In this document: positions 38,231 to 47,893 of the stretch, piece by piece
How positions within the stretch are numbered: the stretch's first letter is position 1
Layout of the letters: each line of letters begins with the position of its first letter
IMG/VR virus record: IMGVR_UViG_3300021963_000062
Coordinates: 1-64,000 of that record
Source: a virus
Direction: 5' to 3' (one strand)
DNA length: 64,000 bases
The notes under the pieces: model-generated
Database searches by the model: none
Told to the model about the DNA's origin: nothing
Seen by the model: the letters and a program-made list of their open reading frames with translations, nothing else
Position numbers and translations under genes: made by a program

Positions 38231-39343
38231 TTATTTGTCAAGTTTAAGTTCTGATAGATTTAATAAACCAAAATCTGATATATTTAATAAAGTATAGTTC
38301 AACAAGTCTGTGGAAGGAGAATGTCCCATTGATAATCGGTAATATTCAGAAAACAAAACCCAAAATGAATAACAATCATATATGATATCTTTTTCACAAT
38401 TGCATAGAGAAAATAAATCCAAAAGGTAAGTAAGCATGTGCATATCAGATTTTGATAAATCGTTTCCAAAAAAAGAAAAAAATTCTGTAAGTAGATCATC
38501 TCTGTTTATAATTTTATTTGGATATTTTTCTTTATAGTGTTGTACGTATTTTGTTTTTACATTACATGATAGATAAAATTTTTGTTCTGGATTTATTTCC
38601 AAAATTTTATCTATTTTTTGAAAATAAATTTCATCCGGTATAAATTTATTTTTCATCTGATTTTTTAAATACTGAGAAACATTTTTATACAGATCAACAT
38701 TACCTTGCCAATAATCTGAAATAAAATCTTGCCTGATATTTTCAGGGAGAGTGTTAATATCTTCCATTGTCATAGGTATATGAGTTCTTCTAATATAAAG
38801 ACCCATATGCCCTTTAAGTTTGTTTCTTAGATAATTATTTGCTTCTTCTGAGGATAATTTTATTTTACTAATTTCTTTCAACAGTTTGAACTTCATTTTT
38901 ATAAATTCATCAAAAGATATATCGTATTTTTCATATCTAGTTTGATGATATTTAACTTCAAACAACAATAAATCATTACATAAACTAGTGGAATATGAAA
39001 AAGATGAATGGTCATTTAAATAGTCAAAATTTCTTTTAATAAAGAAGTCTAAAAAGTTTTTCTCAGTTAGAGGAAAAGAATTTGATAACTGTTCTTTTTT
39101 TATAGAATCAAATGAAATTTGATCTGGAAATTTTATAAATTTACTTTCCGGCCACTTTTCTTTCTCTAGGACAATGTTAAAATTGTTTTCGCTTACTATA
39201 CTTAAAACAAGAGAGTACATCAAAAAATTTAACCTATGTCCTAATCCAACATCTACTTCTTTAGTTTGGTGATTAACAATGCAATGGTTAGCTCCAAAAT
39301 GAGATTTAGGTAAAATCCAATACAAAATTTTTTTATCTTGCAT
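38231..39343 (-). CDS. Putative fucosyltransferase-fold protein, distant paralog of 35452-36624
   Basis: GLGHRL, WPE, GLYIRR, IPDEIYF..NPEQKFYLS, YPNKII, DLFSL. Confidence 0.5.
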   Translation of the reverse strand: MQDKKILYWILPKSHFGANHCIVNHQTKEVDVGLGHRLNFLMYSLVLSIVSENNFNIVLEKEKWPESKFIKFPDQISFDSIKKEQLSNSFPLTEKNFLDFFIKRNFDYLNDHSSFSYSTSLCNDLLLFEVKYHQTRYEKYDISFDEFIKMKFKLLKEISKIKLSSEEANNYLRNKLKGHMGLYIRRTHIPMTMEDINTLPENIRQDFISDYWQGNVDLYKNVSQYLKNQMKNKFIPDEIYFQKIDKILEINPEQKFYLSCNVKTKYVQHYKEKYPNKIINRDDLLTEFFSFFGNDLSKSDMHMLTYLLDLFSLCNCEKDIIYDCYSFWVLFSEYYRLSMGHSPSTDLLNYTLLNISDFGLLNLSELKLDK

Positions 39344-39353
39344 ATAATTTGAA

Positions 39354-40653
39354 CTAATCTCTTTTAATTGGTATAAATTCCACTTGAGTTTTCCATTTAA
39401 ATCCAGGAGTTTCCCAAGTTTGGTTGTTATTATAGATTCTATTATTGTTTACCAGTTCTTCCTCAGTAATATCAGAGTCATCGGAAGGAACATAATCCGC
39501 AAAAGTACTTCCGGAATAAAGTTCTTCAAGCCTCAACTTACTTGGGTAATGTTTTAGAAGAGCTCTTGCAGATAACCTGACTTTTTCAGGTACATCTACA
39601 ATTTTTTTGGAGTCCATTAAGTCAATAAGAAACTCTCTAGTAGCGAGAAGAGAGTTGTGTTCTTGTTGTGGTAAAGTCATAACTCATCTGGCATACTGCT
39701 CAATAATAAATAATACCTCATTTAAGTACTTGTGGGCAAGTTCTTTCTCTTTTTTGTATGGAGTTGGTTCTTGATCTATTCTATTCTTTAGATTGAGAAC
39801 TCTCACTCTCATTTCATCTCTGGTGATCTGATTCCGTGGCATCGTCAAAAAATCCGCGCCTTCTATATAGGCGACCCTGGCAGTCAAAAATTTTACCGGA
39901 AATTTTTCCCCCGAAAAATGAAATCAGTCCTCAGTTTCAGTTTTCTGGTGTTTCTTTTTACATGCACCACGAGCCCATGCACGAGCAAGGCTATTAACGT
40001 GTGAACATGGTTTCTGTTTCTCCCCGCAGTAAGGACATGAGGCGTCTGGGGGATCCGCAATGTATCCTTCAGGCGTGTACATCCTTATTTTCTTTTGATT
40101 CTGTGATTGTTTTCTTTTACGATGATTCATGACAGATTAAGAGGTTCCAGTTCACTCTCAGGTAATTTAAGTTGACCCTCTTTCAGTTGTTTTGGTTCTT
40201 CAACTTTCCAAGATCCACCAACACCACCATCCATATTCACGACAATCTCATTGGTGGGAAGTGCCTTAGGCATCTCAACATCAATCACTTGACCCATCAG
40301 ATGATTGGTGTTCTTGATATAAGTCCTGTTAGGATGCATTTGAGCCAGATTATGGGCGTCCAATTCATTACCGCAGTCAGCAATTTTCTTCCCAGTCCTC
40401 TGGTCAATCACTGACCAATACTCTTCGGGCAAATATTTATTCATAGTTAAAATCCCTTTGATTTTGTTTTGGGTTTCTTTTTATCAAGAACTTCAAACAG
40501 ATCTAGTTGACCAGTGGATGACCATTGGAACCAATAAACCTGGGCATCCTCCCAGTTATCAAACTCCATCGTCTTTCCGTTCTTAAAGAATAATTTATAG
40601 TCATGTCTATTATAAGGTAAATCAGAAGTTTGTGCAAAAGTTTTAATTGTCAT
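39354..40653 (-). other. Run of small hypothetical ORFs
   Basis: 39354-39680, 39684-39887, 39924-40130, 40127-40444, 40447-40653. Confidence 0.55.
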
Positions 40654-41198
40654 AATAAAAGTCCTTTCAAAAGATGAGTAGCCTCAGAGAACCTATCAAC
40701 ATAATGAACTAAGTCCATATCTTCACTACTAATGAATCCATTATCAAGCATTTCTTCCTCAATCCAATGTTTGAGTGTTCTCCACATTCTACCAACACAG
40801 ATAATTGGTTTCTTATCCATGTGACTGACTTGAACTAACTGATAGATCAATGCCATTTCTAGGAGAGTTCCTACACCACCAGGAGTAACGATAAACGCAT
40901 CGCACTCTGCGAATGTCTTAAGTCTGGAGTAGAAAGTCTGGTGTTTTTCATACTCCTGAACATACTTATTAACTCCTTCCTCAAAGGGAAGATAGATTGC
41001 TTCTGCAATAGAACAGAGGTGATCTCCACCGCATCCTTCTATTGCACCCTTATTGGCGGCTTCCATAGTTCCAGGGCCGCCTCCAGTTACTACTGTCCAA
41101 CCTTGTGCAGAGATATTTCTTCCGAGTTTTTCTACTGCCTTATAGAGATCGGATTCCGGATTCGTTCTTGCAGAACCAAAGATTGCTACTTTTTTCAT
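40650..41198 (-). CDS. LOG-family nucleotide phosphoribohydrolase
   Basis: IFGSAR, VTGGGPGTMEAANKGA, PGGVGTLLE. Confidence 0.9.
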   Translation of the reverse strand: MKKVAIFGSARTNPESDLYKAVEKLGRNISAQGWTVVTGGGPGTMEAANKGAIEGCGGDHLCSIAEAIYLPFEEGVNKYVQEYEKHQTFYSRLKTFAECDAFIVTPGGVGTLLEMALIYQLVQVSHMDKKPIICVGRMWRTLKHWIEEEMLDNGFISSEDMDLVHYVDRFSEATHLLKGLLL

Positions 41199-41848
41199 TT
41201 AAGTTTATAGACGTAAATGTGTTTACCAGGGGTTTCAATGTACTTTGCATCACCACTTTCCAAAGCATCTTTAACTCTTTGTGCGAAAGGCTTGAGATTT
41301 TTATTCCCATACCTATCTATATGATAAGTTCGGATACATTTATCGTGATATATCTTACCATCATAATCAATAACACGACCCTTGGCAGTCATGCCACAAT
41401 GTTCAAAGTTGGATGCCTTATAGATTGTACCCTGATGATTATGAAACGTGTCTGCGTAGGATACAACAACCTTATATGATGTGTTCTTCTTCAACCACCT
41501 CAGAGTTTTTCCAATAAAATAACTCTCAGTATTTCTAGGAGTATTATCAATACAACAAAGACGACGTAGTTCTACAACTTGATCCTCAGAATCTGCATAC
41601 TTTTTCCAAGTATTAGCCATTCCTAAAGGGCCATAGATCATAGCACCAATAAGATTTTCATTATAAAATAAACCAAAAACATTAGAGATTCTAAGACCAT
41701 TAACATTAGAAGAATAATGCCAAGTTTCAACAAAGTCTCTAACGTATTGAATGGTAGTAGGTTTGACTACAAAATCCTTTACGTTTACATCCCTGCAGTC
41801 AAGTTCTTCAAACAGTAGGGATGATAAAGGATTCATAGTGTTCATCAA
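41195..41848 (-). CDS. Mom-like GNAT-fold DNA adenine modification enzyme
   Basis: WHYS, FGLF..LIGAMIYG, ELRRL..NTESYFIGKTL, VSYAD..HQGTIYKASNF. Confidence 0.78.
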   Translation of the reverse strand: MMNTMNPLSSLLFEELDCRDVNVKDFVVKPTTIQYVRDFVETWHYSSNVNGLRISNVFGLFYNENLIGAMIYGPLGMANTWKKYADSEDQVVELRRLCCIDNTPRNTESYFIGKTLRWLKKNTSYKVVVSYADTFHNHQGTIYKASNFEHCGMTAKGRVIDYDGKIYHDKCIRTYHIDRYGNKNLKPFAQRVKDALESGDAKYIETPGKHIYVYKLK

Positions 41849-42350
41849 ATTTTTTCTTTAGTTCGTCCCTAATGATAATTTTAACATCATTTACATGAGA
41901 AAGAAAGTCTTCCCATTTATTCTCAACACCAAGATATTTAAAAATAGCTATTCCATGAAGGTGACGAATACCATCCTTCATGTAATCATTCTTTTTTCGA
42001 TCTTCCCAATATGCATAAATAGGAATCTTATTCTTTTCTGCGGCAGACTCCTTCAATTTAACATTGTTAGCCTTTTTAGAAGAAGAATTATCAGTCGCAG
42101 GATTCTTTTTTTGTTCAACAACGATACTAGAGTTCTCCCAATCAGTCTTACATCCAACTCCAAGATGTTTTGCTTCGGGGTCTGGATCCCACTCAGGAAT
42201 TACTTCTTCAATATAATCTCCAATTAATTGGGCAATACGACTGCCAAGAAACACACCACGATTTTCGGAAAGATCCAGTAGAAAATCATAATCAAACTGA
42301 GACACATCATAATTTTGGAGACGAGTCTTCAGGTTGTCAAGAGCAGACAT
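41808..42350 (-). CDS. Putative type II restriction endonuclease-like protein (Eco47II-like PD-(D/E)XK)
   Basis: IGDYIEE..G..KTD..IVVEQKK..TDNSSS..KL..IRHLHG. Confidence 0.5.
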   Translation of the reverse strand: MSALDNLKTRLQNYDVSQFDYDFLLDLSENRGVFLGSRIAQLIGDYIEEVIPEWDPDPEAKHLGVGCKTDWENSSIVVEQKKNPATDNSSSKKANNVKLKESAAEKNKIPIYAYWEDRKKNDYMKDGIRHLHGIAIFKYLGVENKWEDFLSHVNDVKIIIRDELKKKFDEHYESFIIPTV

Positions 42351-42352
42351 AA

Positions 42353-42385
42353 TAAAAAAAGGAGATCTCTTTAAGAGGTCTCCTT
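42353..42385 (-). terminator. Hairpin plus U tract between the promoter and the nuclease start (attenuator-like)
   Basis: AAGGAGACCTCT-TAA-AGAGATCTCCTT followed by TTTT. Confidence 0.55.
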
Positions 42386-42414
42386 ATTATAGTGCGATAG
42401 TTCATCCTTGTCAA
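42386..42414 (-). promoter_or_regulatory. Perfect-consensus sigma70 promoter
   Basis: TTGACA-17 nt-TATAAT. Confidence 0.8.
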
Positions 42415-42638
42415 GGATTTTTTTTCGTTTTTTTGGTGGTCTATAAAGATTTGGCCAGGTATCTCTGATAATTTCCGCCAGTTTGTATGGTGTATCAGAA
42501 CTAATCACTTATCCGTAATACTTTGATAGTTTTGGGCAAAGATAAGGTCTTTTGCAAACTTCCCTGAATGGAAGAGTATCTAATACTTCCAATTCTTCAT
42601 TTGAAAGTTCTCCCCAACGGAGATGTGCAAGGATATAT

Positions 42639-42911
42639 TTAAACATATTTTTCTAGCAGTTTTACAATGTTTTGGGTAATGGGTACTCCACCTTCATACT
42701 CTTCCAGTTTTTCTCCGTTTTCGTCAACCGCAATCAACACAGGAGTTGCAGTGACTTTATATTTTCTAGCAAGTTCTAGATTTTCTTGGCCGCATCCCTC
42801 ATCAAGTAGAACTTCTTGGATTTGATCCGTTCTTGAATCATTCATGGCTTTAAAATATTTTTTAACCAGAATACAAGGCCCACAATCCGTCTTTGAAAAG
42901 ATATACAACAT
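42639..42911 (-). CDS. Thioredoxin/glutaredoxin-like protein
   Basis: CGPC, ATPVL. Confidence 0.8.
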   Translation of the reverse strand: MLYIFSKTDCGPCILVKKYFKAMNDSRTDQIQEVLLDEGCGQENLELARKYKVTATPVLIAVDENGEKLEEYEGGVPITQNIVKLLEKYV

Positions 42912-42983
42912 AAAAAAAAAAATTTTTTCTTTAATATTTTACTAAAGTTTTCTTTTTTTGTCAATTTATAATAATAAATTTAA

Positions 42984-43289
42984 TTATCTTTTAAAAGAGA
43001 TAAAATATAAAATTCCAGAATGATATTCTTTTACTCCATAAAAATATCTACATAATGGAAATCGTTGTGATTTACAAATATTTTTCCAAACTCTGTTTTT
43101 ATATTTTTCATTATATTCATAATGATATTTAATTTCTGACTCATGCCATCCTGAATCTTTCATTAATTTTTTAGTAGAAATAATTTCAAAAGCTTCTTCA
43201 TCAGAAGATGCTATTAAATTTAGAACCCCATCATATTCAGGAAACCAATAATCAATTATATACAGAAACTTTATCATAATTCTTTCCAC
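42984..43289 (-). CDS. Hypothetical protein, paralog of 32219-32521
   Basis: Shared KFLYIIDYW.PE, IASSD.EA, RFPL, SG..YFIS. Confidence 0.7.
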   Translation of the reverse strand: MERIMIKFLYIIDYWFPEYDGVLNLIASSDEEAFEIISTKKLMKDSGWHESEIKYHYEYNEKYKNRVWKNICKSQRFPLCRYFYGVKEYHSGILYFISFKR

Positions 43290-43957
43290 AAAGATGGATG
43301 TGTTTTTGTTTCATTTAATCCCGTTAGAGTTACTATTATATCTCCAGAAATAGCAATTCTATGGCCCGCTCTCCTTGTATAACTTCTAACAGCATGATTC
43401 AACTTTGATGGAAATATAATTATCTTACCTTCTTTTGGATCAATAATGTGATATCTCCTATTATACTTATTCCATTCTGTTACAATATTATTAACGGTAG
43501 ATATTTCTAATAGTCCATCAAGATCATTTTGATTTGCAAAACAATTTTCAAAATAAAGTTTATCCGAAGTTTCATCTGCACTAACATAGTATATGAAGGA
43601 AAGATCAGAACCAGGATGCCAATGAGATCCCAAGGCAGATATCATATCATATCTGTTTTCATTTATATCCACTTGTTCTTCCGGTTCATCAAATTTACGA
43701 ATTATCCAAGATCTGAATACATGATATGATAACTTAGTATAATCGATTCCCAAGGAACAAATATATTGATTAAGATTATCTTTTAATGAAGAAAAAAATG
43801 TTTTAAATCTAGGATTATTATGTAATAACATAAAGTTTCCATACATTTCATGTTCATAATTATCTAAAGCATCTACACATTCCCCTTTAAACTTTTCATG
43901 ACAACTTACATCGCCAATGTATAAACATAATGGAAATAAATCAACTATTTCATACAT
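43274..43957 (-). CDS. Putative 2OG-Fe(II) oxygenase (HxH type)
   Basis: HWHPGSDLSFIYY, PKEGKIIIFPSKLNHAV, RIAISG. Confidence 0.75.
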   Translation of the reverse strand: MYEIVDLFPLCLYIGDVSCHEKFKGECVDALDNYEHEMYGNFMLLHNNPRFKTFFSSLKDNLNQYICSLGIDYTKLSYHVFRSWIIRKFDEPEEQVDINENRYDMISALGSHWHPGSDLSFIYYVSADETSDKLYFENCFANQNDLDGLLEISTVNNIVTEWNKYNRRYHIIDPKEGKIIIFPSKLNHAVRSYTRRAGHRIAISGDIIVTLTGLNETKTHPSLWKEL

Positions 43958-43999
43958 ATTACTCTACCAATTATGAATAAAAAATTATTTATTGATCAC

Positions 44000-44021
44000 A
44001 AAAAAGACCCTTTCGGGTCTT
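44000..44021 (-). terminator. psbD terminator
   Basis: AAGACCC-GAAA-GGGTCTT followed by a U tract. Confidence 0.8.
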
Positions 44022-44028
44022 GTGAAAA

Positions 44029-45090
44029 TCAAAGTGCATTACCCCTTGGAAGTACTTCCTCTGGGAACACGAAGTTCTCATGAGGTTGGTCTACTGGTGC
44101 CATCCAAGCACGTAAACCTTCGTTGAGCAAGATGTTCTTAGTATAGAAAGTCTCAAACTCCGGGTCTTCGGCCGCACGGATTTCTTGTGAAACGAAATCA
44201 TATGCACGAAGATTAAGAGCGAGTCCAATGATACCAATAGAACTAGTCCAAAGACCCATAACGGGAACAAAAAGCATGAAAAAGTGAAGCCAACGCTTAT
44301 TACTAAAAGCGATTCCAAAAATCTGAGACCAGAATCTGTTAGCCGTGACCATTGAGTAGGTCTCTTCTTCTTGGGTAGGTTCAAATGCCTTGAAGGTATT
44401 TGACTGATCACTGTCTTCATAAAGTGTATTCTCAACTGTTGCACCATGAATAGCACAGAGCAGTGCTCCTCCTAGTATACCAGCAACTCCCATCATATGG
44501 AAGGGGTTGAGTGTCCAGTTATGGAAACCTTGTAGGAATAGGAGGAACCTAAAAATCGCAGCAACACCAAACGACGGCGCAAAGAACCAAGATGATTGTC
44601 CGAGTGGATACATGAGAAACACACTGACAAAAACAGCAATAGGCCCAGAAAACGCGATAGCATTGTACGGTCTAATTCCTACTAAGCGAGCAATTTCAAA
44701 CTGACGCAACATAAAACCTATAAGACTGAAGGCTCCGTGGAGCGCCACAAAAGTCCAGAGTCCCCCAAGTTGGAACCAGCGGACGATATCTCCCTGAGCC
44801 TCAGGGCCCCAGAGAAGAAGAAGAGAATGACCCATAGAATCTGCTGGAGTACTAACTGCCGCAGTAAGAAAGTTTGCGCCCTCAAGATAACTGGATGCAA
44901 GGCCATGAGTGTACCAACTCGTAACGAAAGTTGTCCCAGTAAGCCAACCACCAAGAGCAAGATAAGCTGTGGGAAAAAGAAGTAATCCAGACCAACCAAC
45001 AAAAACGAAACGATCTCTCTTAAGCCAGTCGTCAAGGACATCAAACCACCCCCTTTGTTGAATAGGTTGTTTTAGTGCAGATGAAACCAT
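44029..45090 (-). CDS. psbD: Photosystem II D2 protein
   Basis: [32 protein letters not shown]. Confidence 0.99.
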   Translation of the reverse strand: MVSSALKQPIQQRGWFDVLDDWLKRDRFVFVGWSGLLLFPTAYLALGGWLTGTTFVTSWYTHGLASSYLEGANFLTAAVSTPADSMGHSLLLLWGPEAQGDIVRWFQLGGLWTFVALHGAFSLIGFMLRQFEIARLVGIRPYNAIAFSGPIAVFVSVFLMYPLGQSSWFFAPSFGVAAIFRFLLFLQGFHNWTLNPFHMMGVAGILGGALLCAIHGATVENTLYEDSDQSNTFKAFEPTQEEETYSMVTANRFWSQIFGIAFSNKRWLHFFMLFVPVMGLWTSSIGIIGLALNLRAYDFVSQEIRAAEDPEFETFYTKNILLNEGLRAWMAPVDQPHENFVFPEEVLPRGNAL

Positions 45091-45180
45091 TTATATCTCC
45101 TTTAAAAAACTTAACATTTTGGATAAAAAGAAAGGGGATCTAAGTCCCCAATCTTCCTTAGTATTCAGTTTTTAGATATA

Positions 45181-46260
45181 TCAACCGATTGCAGGTGCGG
45201 TGAGTGCAACAGGAGTTGACTCAGCAGCAGCGAGGTCAAGAGGGAAGTTGTGAGCATTGCGCTCGTGCATTACCTCCATGCCCAGACCAGCACGGTTCAG
45301 AACATCAGCCCAAGTGTTAATAACTTTACCCTGACTATCAACGATAGACTGGTTAAAATTGAAACCGTTGAGATTGAAAGCCATCGTGGAAACACCAAGA
45401 GCGGTGAACCAGATACCAACTACAGGCCATGCAGCAAGGAAGAAGTGCAGTGAACGAGAGTTGTTGAACGATGCGTATTGGAAGATGAGACGACCGAAGT
45501 AACCGTGAGCGGCTACAATGTTGTAGGTCTCTTCTTCTTGTCCGAACTTGTAACCGTAGTTTTGGGACTCGTTTTCTGTTGTCTCACGAACGAGACTAGA
45601 GGTGACGAGAGATCCATGCATAGCAGAGAAAAGAGAACCACCGAAGACCCCAGCAACTCCCAACATGTGGAAAGGATGCATGAGAATGTTGTGTTCCGCC
45701 TGGAAAACAAGCATGTAGTTGAAAGTTCCCGAAATCCCCAGAGGCATTGCGTCAGAGAAGGATCCTTGACCGAAGGGATAGACCAGAAAAACTGCGCTAG
45801 CAGCAGCAACGGGTGCGCTGTAGGCAACACAAATCCAAGGACGCATACCAAGTCGGTAAGAAAGTTCCCATTCACGGCCCATATAAGCATAGATACCAAT
45901 TAGGAAGTGGAAGACAACAAGTTGGAAAGGCCCACCGTTGTAGAGCCACTCATCTAGGGAAGCAGCTTCCCAGATGGGATAAAAGTGCAGTCCAATCGCG
46001 TTGGACGAAGGAATCACAGCACCAGAGATGATGTTGTTTCCGTACATGAGTGAACCAGCAACGGGTTCACGGATACCATCAATGTCCACAGGGGGAGCAC
46101 CGATGAATGCGATGATGAAACAAGTCGTAGCAGCAAGCAGGCAAGGAATCATCAGGACTCCAAACCAACCAACATAAAGACGATTGTCGGTGGAAGTAAC
46201 CCAGTTGCAGAACTGTTCCCAAGTATTTGATTTTTGTTGACGTGAAATTGTAGCAGTCAT
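45181..46260 (-). CDS. psbA: Photosystem II D1 protein (uninterrupted, Glu130 type)
   Basis: [30 protein letters not shown]. Confidence 0.99.
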   Translation of the reverse strand: MTATISRQQKSNTWEQFCNWVTSTDNRLYVGWFGVLMIPCLLAATTCFIIAFIGAPPVDIDGIREPVAGSLMYGNNIISGAVIPSSNAIGLHFYPIWEAASLDEWLYNGGPFQLVVFHFLIGIYAYMGREWELSYRLGMRPWICVAYSAPVAAASAVFLVYPFGQGSFSDAMPLGISGTFNYMLVFQAEHNILMHPFHMLGVAGVFGGSLFSAMHGSLVTSSLVRETTENESQNYGYKFGQEEETYNIVAAHGYFGRLIFQYASFNNSRSLHFFLAAWPVVGIWFTALGVSTMAFNLNGFNFNQSIVDSQGKVINTWADVLNRAGLGMEVMHERNAHNFPLDLAAAESTPVALTAPAIG

Positions 46261-46270
46261 TTGTTTAAAA

Positions 46271-46380
46271 GGATAGTAAGACCATCAGGGAAATGGTGGA
46301 GATACTATGCTCCCCGCACCCTTAGCGGGGATATGAGAGACGGATTGGTAACCCTGCCTAGTCTCGGTCAAGCGGCAGGG
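46271..46380 (-). ncRNA. PhotoRC-II-like structured leader upstream of phage psbA
   Basis: CCCTGCC..GGCAGGG, CCCCGC..GCGGGG and ACCAT..ATGGT stems with a GACCGAGAC loop, in the location known for this motif. Confidence 0.7.
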
Positions 46381-46409
46381 AATACAATGTTACAGAAGAT
46401 GAAAATCTC

Positions 46410-46459
46410 TTAACATTTGTTTACCTATTTATCATACCATGCGGTAAACCGACTGTCAA
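46410..46459 (-). promoter_or_regulatory. psbA promoter: sigma70 plus overlapping late element plus HLR1-like repeat
   Basis: TTGACA-17-TATGAT, then ATAAATA, then TTAACATT-N2-TTTACCTA (plus strand). Confidence 0.65.
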
Positions 46460-46462
46460 GCC

Positions 46463-47437
46463 CTATTCGAGGATGTCAAACCAATGGTCAATCATCTCAT
46501 CAATCATTGATTCAAAAGTATATTTTGGTTTCCATCCCAAAATATTTCTTACTTCCGATGAATCTCCTCGAAGATAATTAACTTCTTCTTTTCTTAAATA
46601 TTTTTCATTTTGGATAATGTGATCTTTATAGTTTAACCCAAGAGAATTAAAAGTATATTCACATAAATCCCTAACACTTCTTGTTTGTCCTGTAGATACA
46701 ACCCAATCTCTGGGCTCAGGATAATTCAAAATAAGGTGCATTGCTCTTACATAATCATAAGAATGGCCCCAATCCCTATATGAATCCAAATTACCCAATT
46801 CCAATTTATCTCTTATGCCTAATTTAATTTCTACAGCACCTTTTACAACTTTATTAGTTACAAAGTTTGTTCCTCTTCTTGGTGATTCGTGGTTAAATAA
46901 AATTCCATTACAAGCATGAAGTTTATATCCTTCACGATAATGTCTAGTTAAATTAAACCCCATTACTTTTGAACATCCATAGGGGCTTACAGGTCTCATA
47001 GGAGTTTCAAGTCGTTGAAAGTTATCATTATCAATACTGTTTCCAAACATTTCAGAGGAACTTGCTTGATAAAACTTTGCATGTGGAACTTTTGTTCTTA
47101 AAGCCTCAAGTACATTAAGAACTCCTAAAGAATTTGTTTTAATTGTAAATGAAGGTACATCAAAACTAACTCTTACATGACTCATTGCAGCAAGATTATA
47201 AACTTCATCTGGTTGAACCTCTTCAATTATTCTATACAAAGAGTGTTCATCTAATAAGTCTCCATAATGTCCATTAATATGATTGTCAAAAATATGATCA
47301 ATTCTTTCTGTCTGATTTTCAGCAACAGACAATCTACGAACTATTCCATGAACTTCATAACCAAGTTCGATTAAATGTTCGGATAGATAACTTCCATCTT
47401 GACCAGTAATGCCAGTAATTAAAGCAACTTTACTCAT
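46463..47437 (-). CDS. gmd: GDP-mannose 4,6-dehydratase
   Basis: ITGITGQDGSYL, AAMSHVRVSF, YQASSSEMFG, SPYGCSK, LFNHESPRRG. Confidence 0.95.
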   Translation of the reverse strand: MSKVALITGITGQDGSYLSEHLIELGYEVHGIVRRLSVAENQTERIDHIFDNHINGHYGDLLDEHSLYRIIEEVQPDEVYNLAAMSHVRVSFDVPSFTIKTNSLGVLNVLEALRTKVPHAKFYQASSSEMFGNSIDNDNFQRLETPMRPVSPYGCSKVMGFNLTRHYREGYKLHACNGILFNHESPRRGTNFVTNKVVKGAVEIKLGIRDKLELGNLDSYRDWGHSYDYVRAMHLILNYPEPRDWVVSTGQTRSVRDLCEYTFNSLGLNYKDHIIQNEKYLRKEEVNYLRGDSSEVRNILGWKPKYTFESMIDEMIDHWFDILE

Positions 47438-47844
47438 AAAAATACTTTATCATTTTCAATTCCAGTGTATGGGCCAGTTTTATATTCATAAACAATAGTA
47501 TCATCCTCAAGAATTTTATATGTATGACCACCCTCAAATGTCATGGAACAATCACCAGAATTTATTACTTCTTCTGTTAAGAGTTTGCCGTCAATATCAT
47601 ACAAATAAACTCTTACAGACCCTTTAATAATAACCCAAGATTCCTGTGCGATTATTTTTTCAGTAGGAGAATCTTTCCAAATATGTTGATGTGGTTTAAA
47701 AGTCTTATCTTTTTCCAATCTAAGAGTAGCCAACTGAAGAAATTGATTCTCTGGAGCAACGTTTGTTCTTTCTACTATGTCGGATACTCTATTAATAATA
47801 TGAAGTAGTTTCTCTGGATGTTTTTTAGAATAGATACGTTTCAT
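47434..47844 (-). CDS. Cupin (WbuC-like) protein
   Basis: KPHQH, QESW..KG, GGH..YEYKTGPY. Confidence 0.7.
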   Translation of the reverse strand: MKRIYSKKHPEKLLHIINRVSDIVERTNVAPENQFLQLATLRLEKDKTFKPHQHIWKDSPTEKIIAQESWVIIKGSVRVYLYDIDGKLLTEEVINSGDCSMTFEGGHTYKILEDDTIVYEYKTGPYTGIENDKVFL

Positions 47845-47893
47845 GCAGAAAAAATAATCACTAATATACATAGTATATCTATCTTACTATAAA

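Noticed and set aside
39840-39922. A/T-tract and G/C-run segment as a possible origin or structured element
   Set aside because: No convincing stem or iteron; too little support
41808-42350. Assigning GGNCC specificity from the Eco47II resemblance
   Set aside because: The similarity is motif-level only and GGNCC sites occur readily in the window; specificity cannot be inferred
44091-46031. Several alternative-frame and antisense ORFs inside psbD/psbA
   Set aside because: Shadows of codon bias in conserved genes
45181-46260. Possible intron or homing endonuclease in psbA
   Set aside because: D1 is a continuous 359-aa frame and the psbA-psbD gap is only about 90 nt
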